From a bacterium (GTDB taxonomy: Bacteria; Zhuqueibacterota; Zhuqueibacteria; Oceanimicrobiales; Oceanimicrobiaceae): a DNA stretch of 15,937 bases. The DNA is taken from NCBI GenBank assembly GCA_046758365.1, contig JBHIAC010000074.1, positions 1-15,937 of the forward strand, in the 5' to 3' direction. The position numbers and the translations under genes are program-made. Shown piece by piece: positions 15,396-15,937 of this stretch. Each line of letters opens with the position of its first letter. The first letter of the stretch is position 1. Under the pieces are notes generated by a model. That model was not told the DNA's origin and ran no database searches. It was given only the letters and a program-made list of their open reading frames with translations.

Positions 15396-15840
15396 CGGCG
15401 GCTTAGATCGCAACAACATCCCATTTTCTTTCGTCTTACGTATTAAACTCACTTGCGTTACATTTCTTTAATGATTCTATTAAAAATAGTAGGTCTTTCA
15501 TATCCTTGAATAAGGGCGTACAGTACTTTTTCACATTTTAGTAGGTAAAAAGGAAGCTCATAATGCAGCAGTTGATGTTACAGCTTGTGCTAAATGTTTT
15601 TTTGAGTTAAAAAAAATAGGGATTATAAGATAAGTAAAGAATGATCAGAAATTTAATTAATGAAAAATGGCACAACAAATAACTTCAGTGAAAACATAAC
15701 GACTTAAAAGCGCTTTTAGTTTATCCGTGAATCGTTATTAATAGACACAACAGCAATGCTCGATTTCCTGATTGGGTTCCAACGGGCAGCTTTGTTTCAA
15801 TCAAACAAACATTATCCGAAATTCGCACTTGACAAAACCC

Positions 15841-15937
15841 CTAGAGACGTGGTCGAAAAGTCCGTTTCTTGAAAAATGCTAAACTAAAAAAATAGCTTAC
15901 ATCCCGTTGAACCGTAAAATAGGGCTTTTCCGACTAC
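15841..15937. mobile_element. MITE-like element with IS-type terminal inverted repeats, cut by the window edge
   Basis: left CTAGAGACGTGGTCGAAAAGTCC (15841-15863); right GGGCTTTTCCGACTAC (15922-15937) is its imperfect reverse complement; no ORF inside. Confidence 0.5.

Noticed and set aside
15660..15833. Possible gene fragments (LKALLVYP*, ARFPDWVPTG)
   Set aside because: Matches are too short and interrupted by stops to assign without a search.

Overview
AT-rich bacterial chromosomal window with sigma70-type TTGACA-N17 promoters and AGGAGG RBSs. The style suggests an uncultured FCB/KSB1-like organism, which is inference only. Left to right: a MoxR AAA+ ATPase and DUF58 pair; a ~1.4 kb stretch bounded by two related structured-RNA-like elements and holding a small membrane protein plus collapsed gene remnants; proline dehydrogenase; a stack of palindromic and heptamer-repeat elements; a minus-strand cluster (apgM, rhodanese, DUF488, nicotinamidase-like hydrolase, D-2-hydroxyacid dehydrogenase); a secreted M14 zinc peptidase; a small membrane protein; an AbrB-fold double-CC protein (HgcC-like) with arsM under a promoter covered in TCAG/CTGA operator-like repeats; a ceramidase-like membrane hydrolase; and a MITE-like element at the right edge. 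The best candidates for undescribed biology are the possible ArsR-independent AbrB/CC metalloid-sensing control of arsM and the pair of related non-coding hairpin elements at 2336-2423 and 3646-3750. All family calls come from motif recognition by eye; no searches were run.
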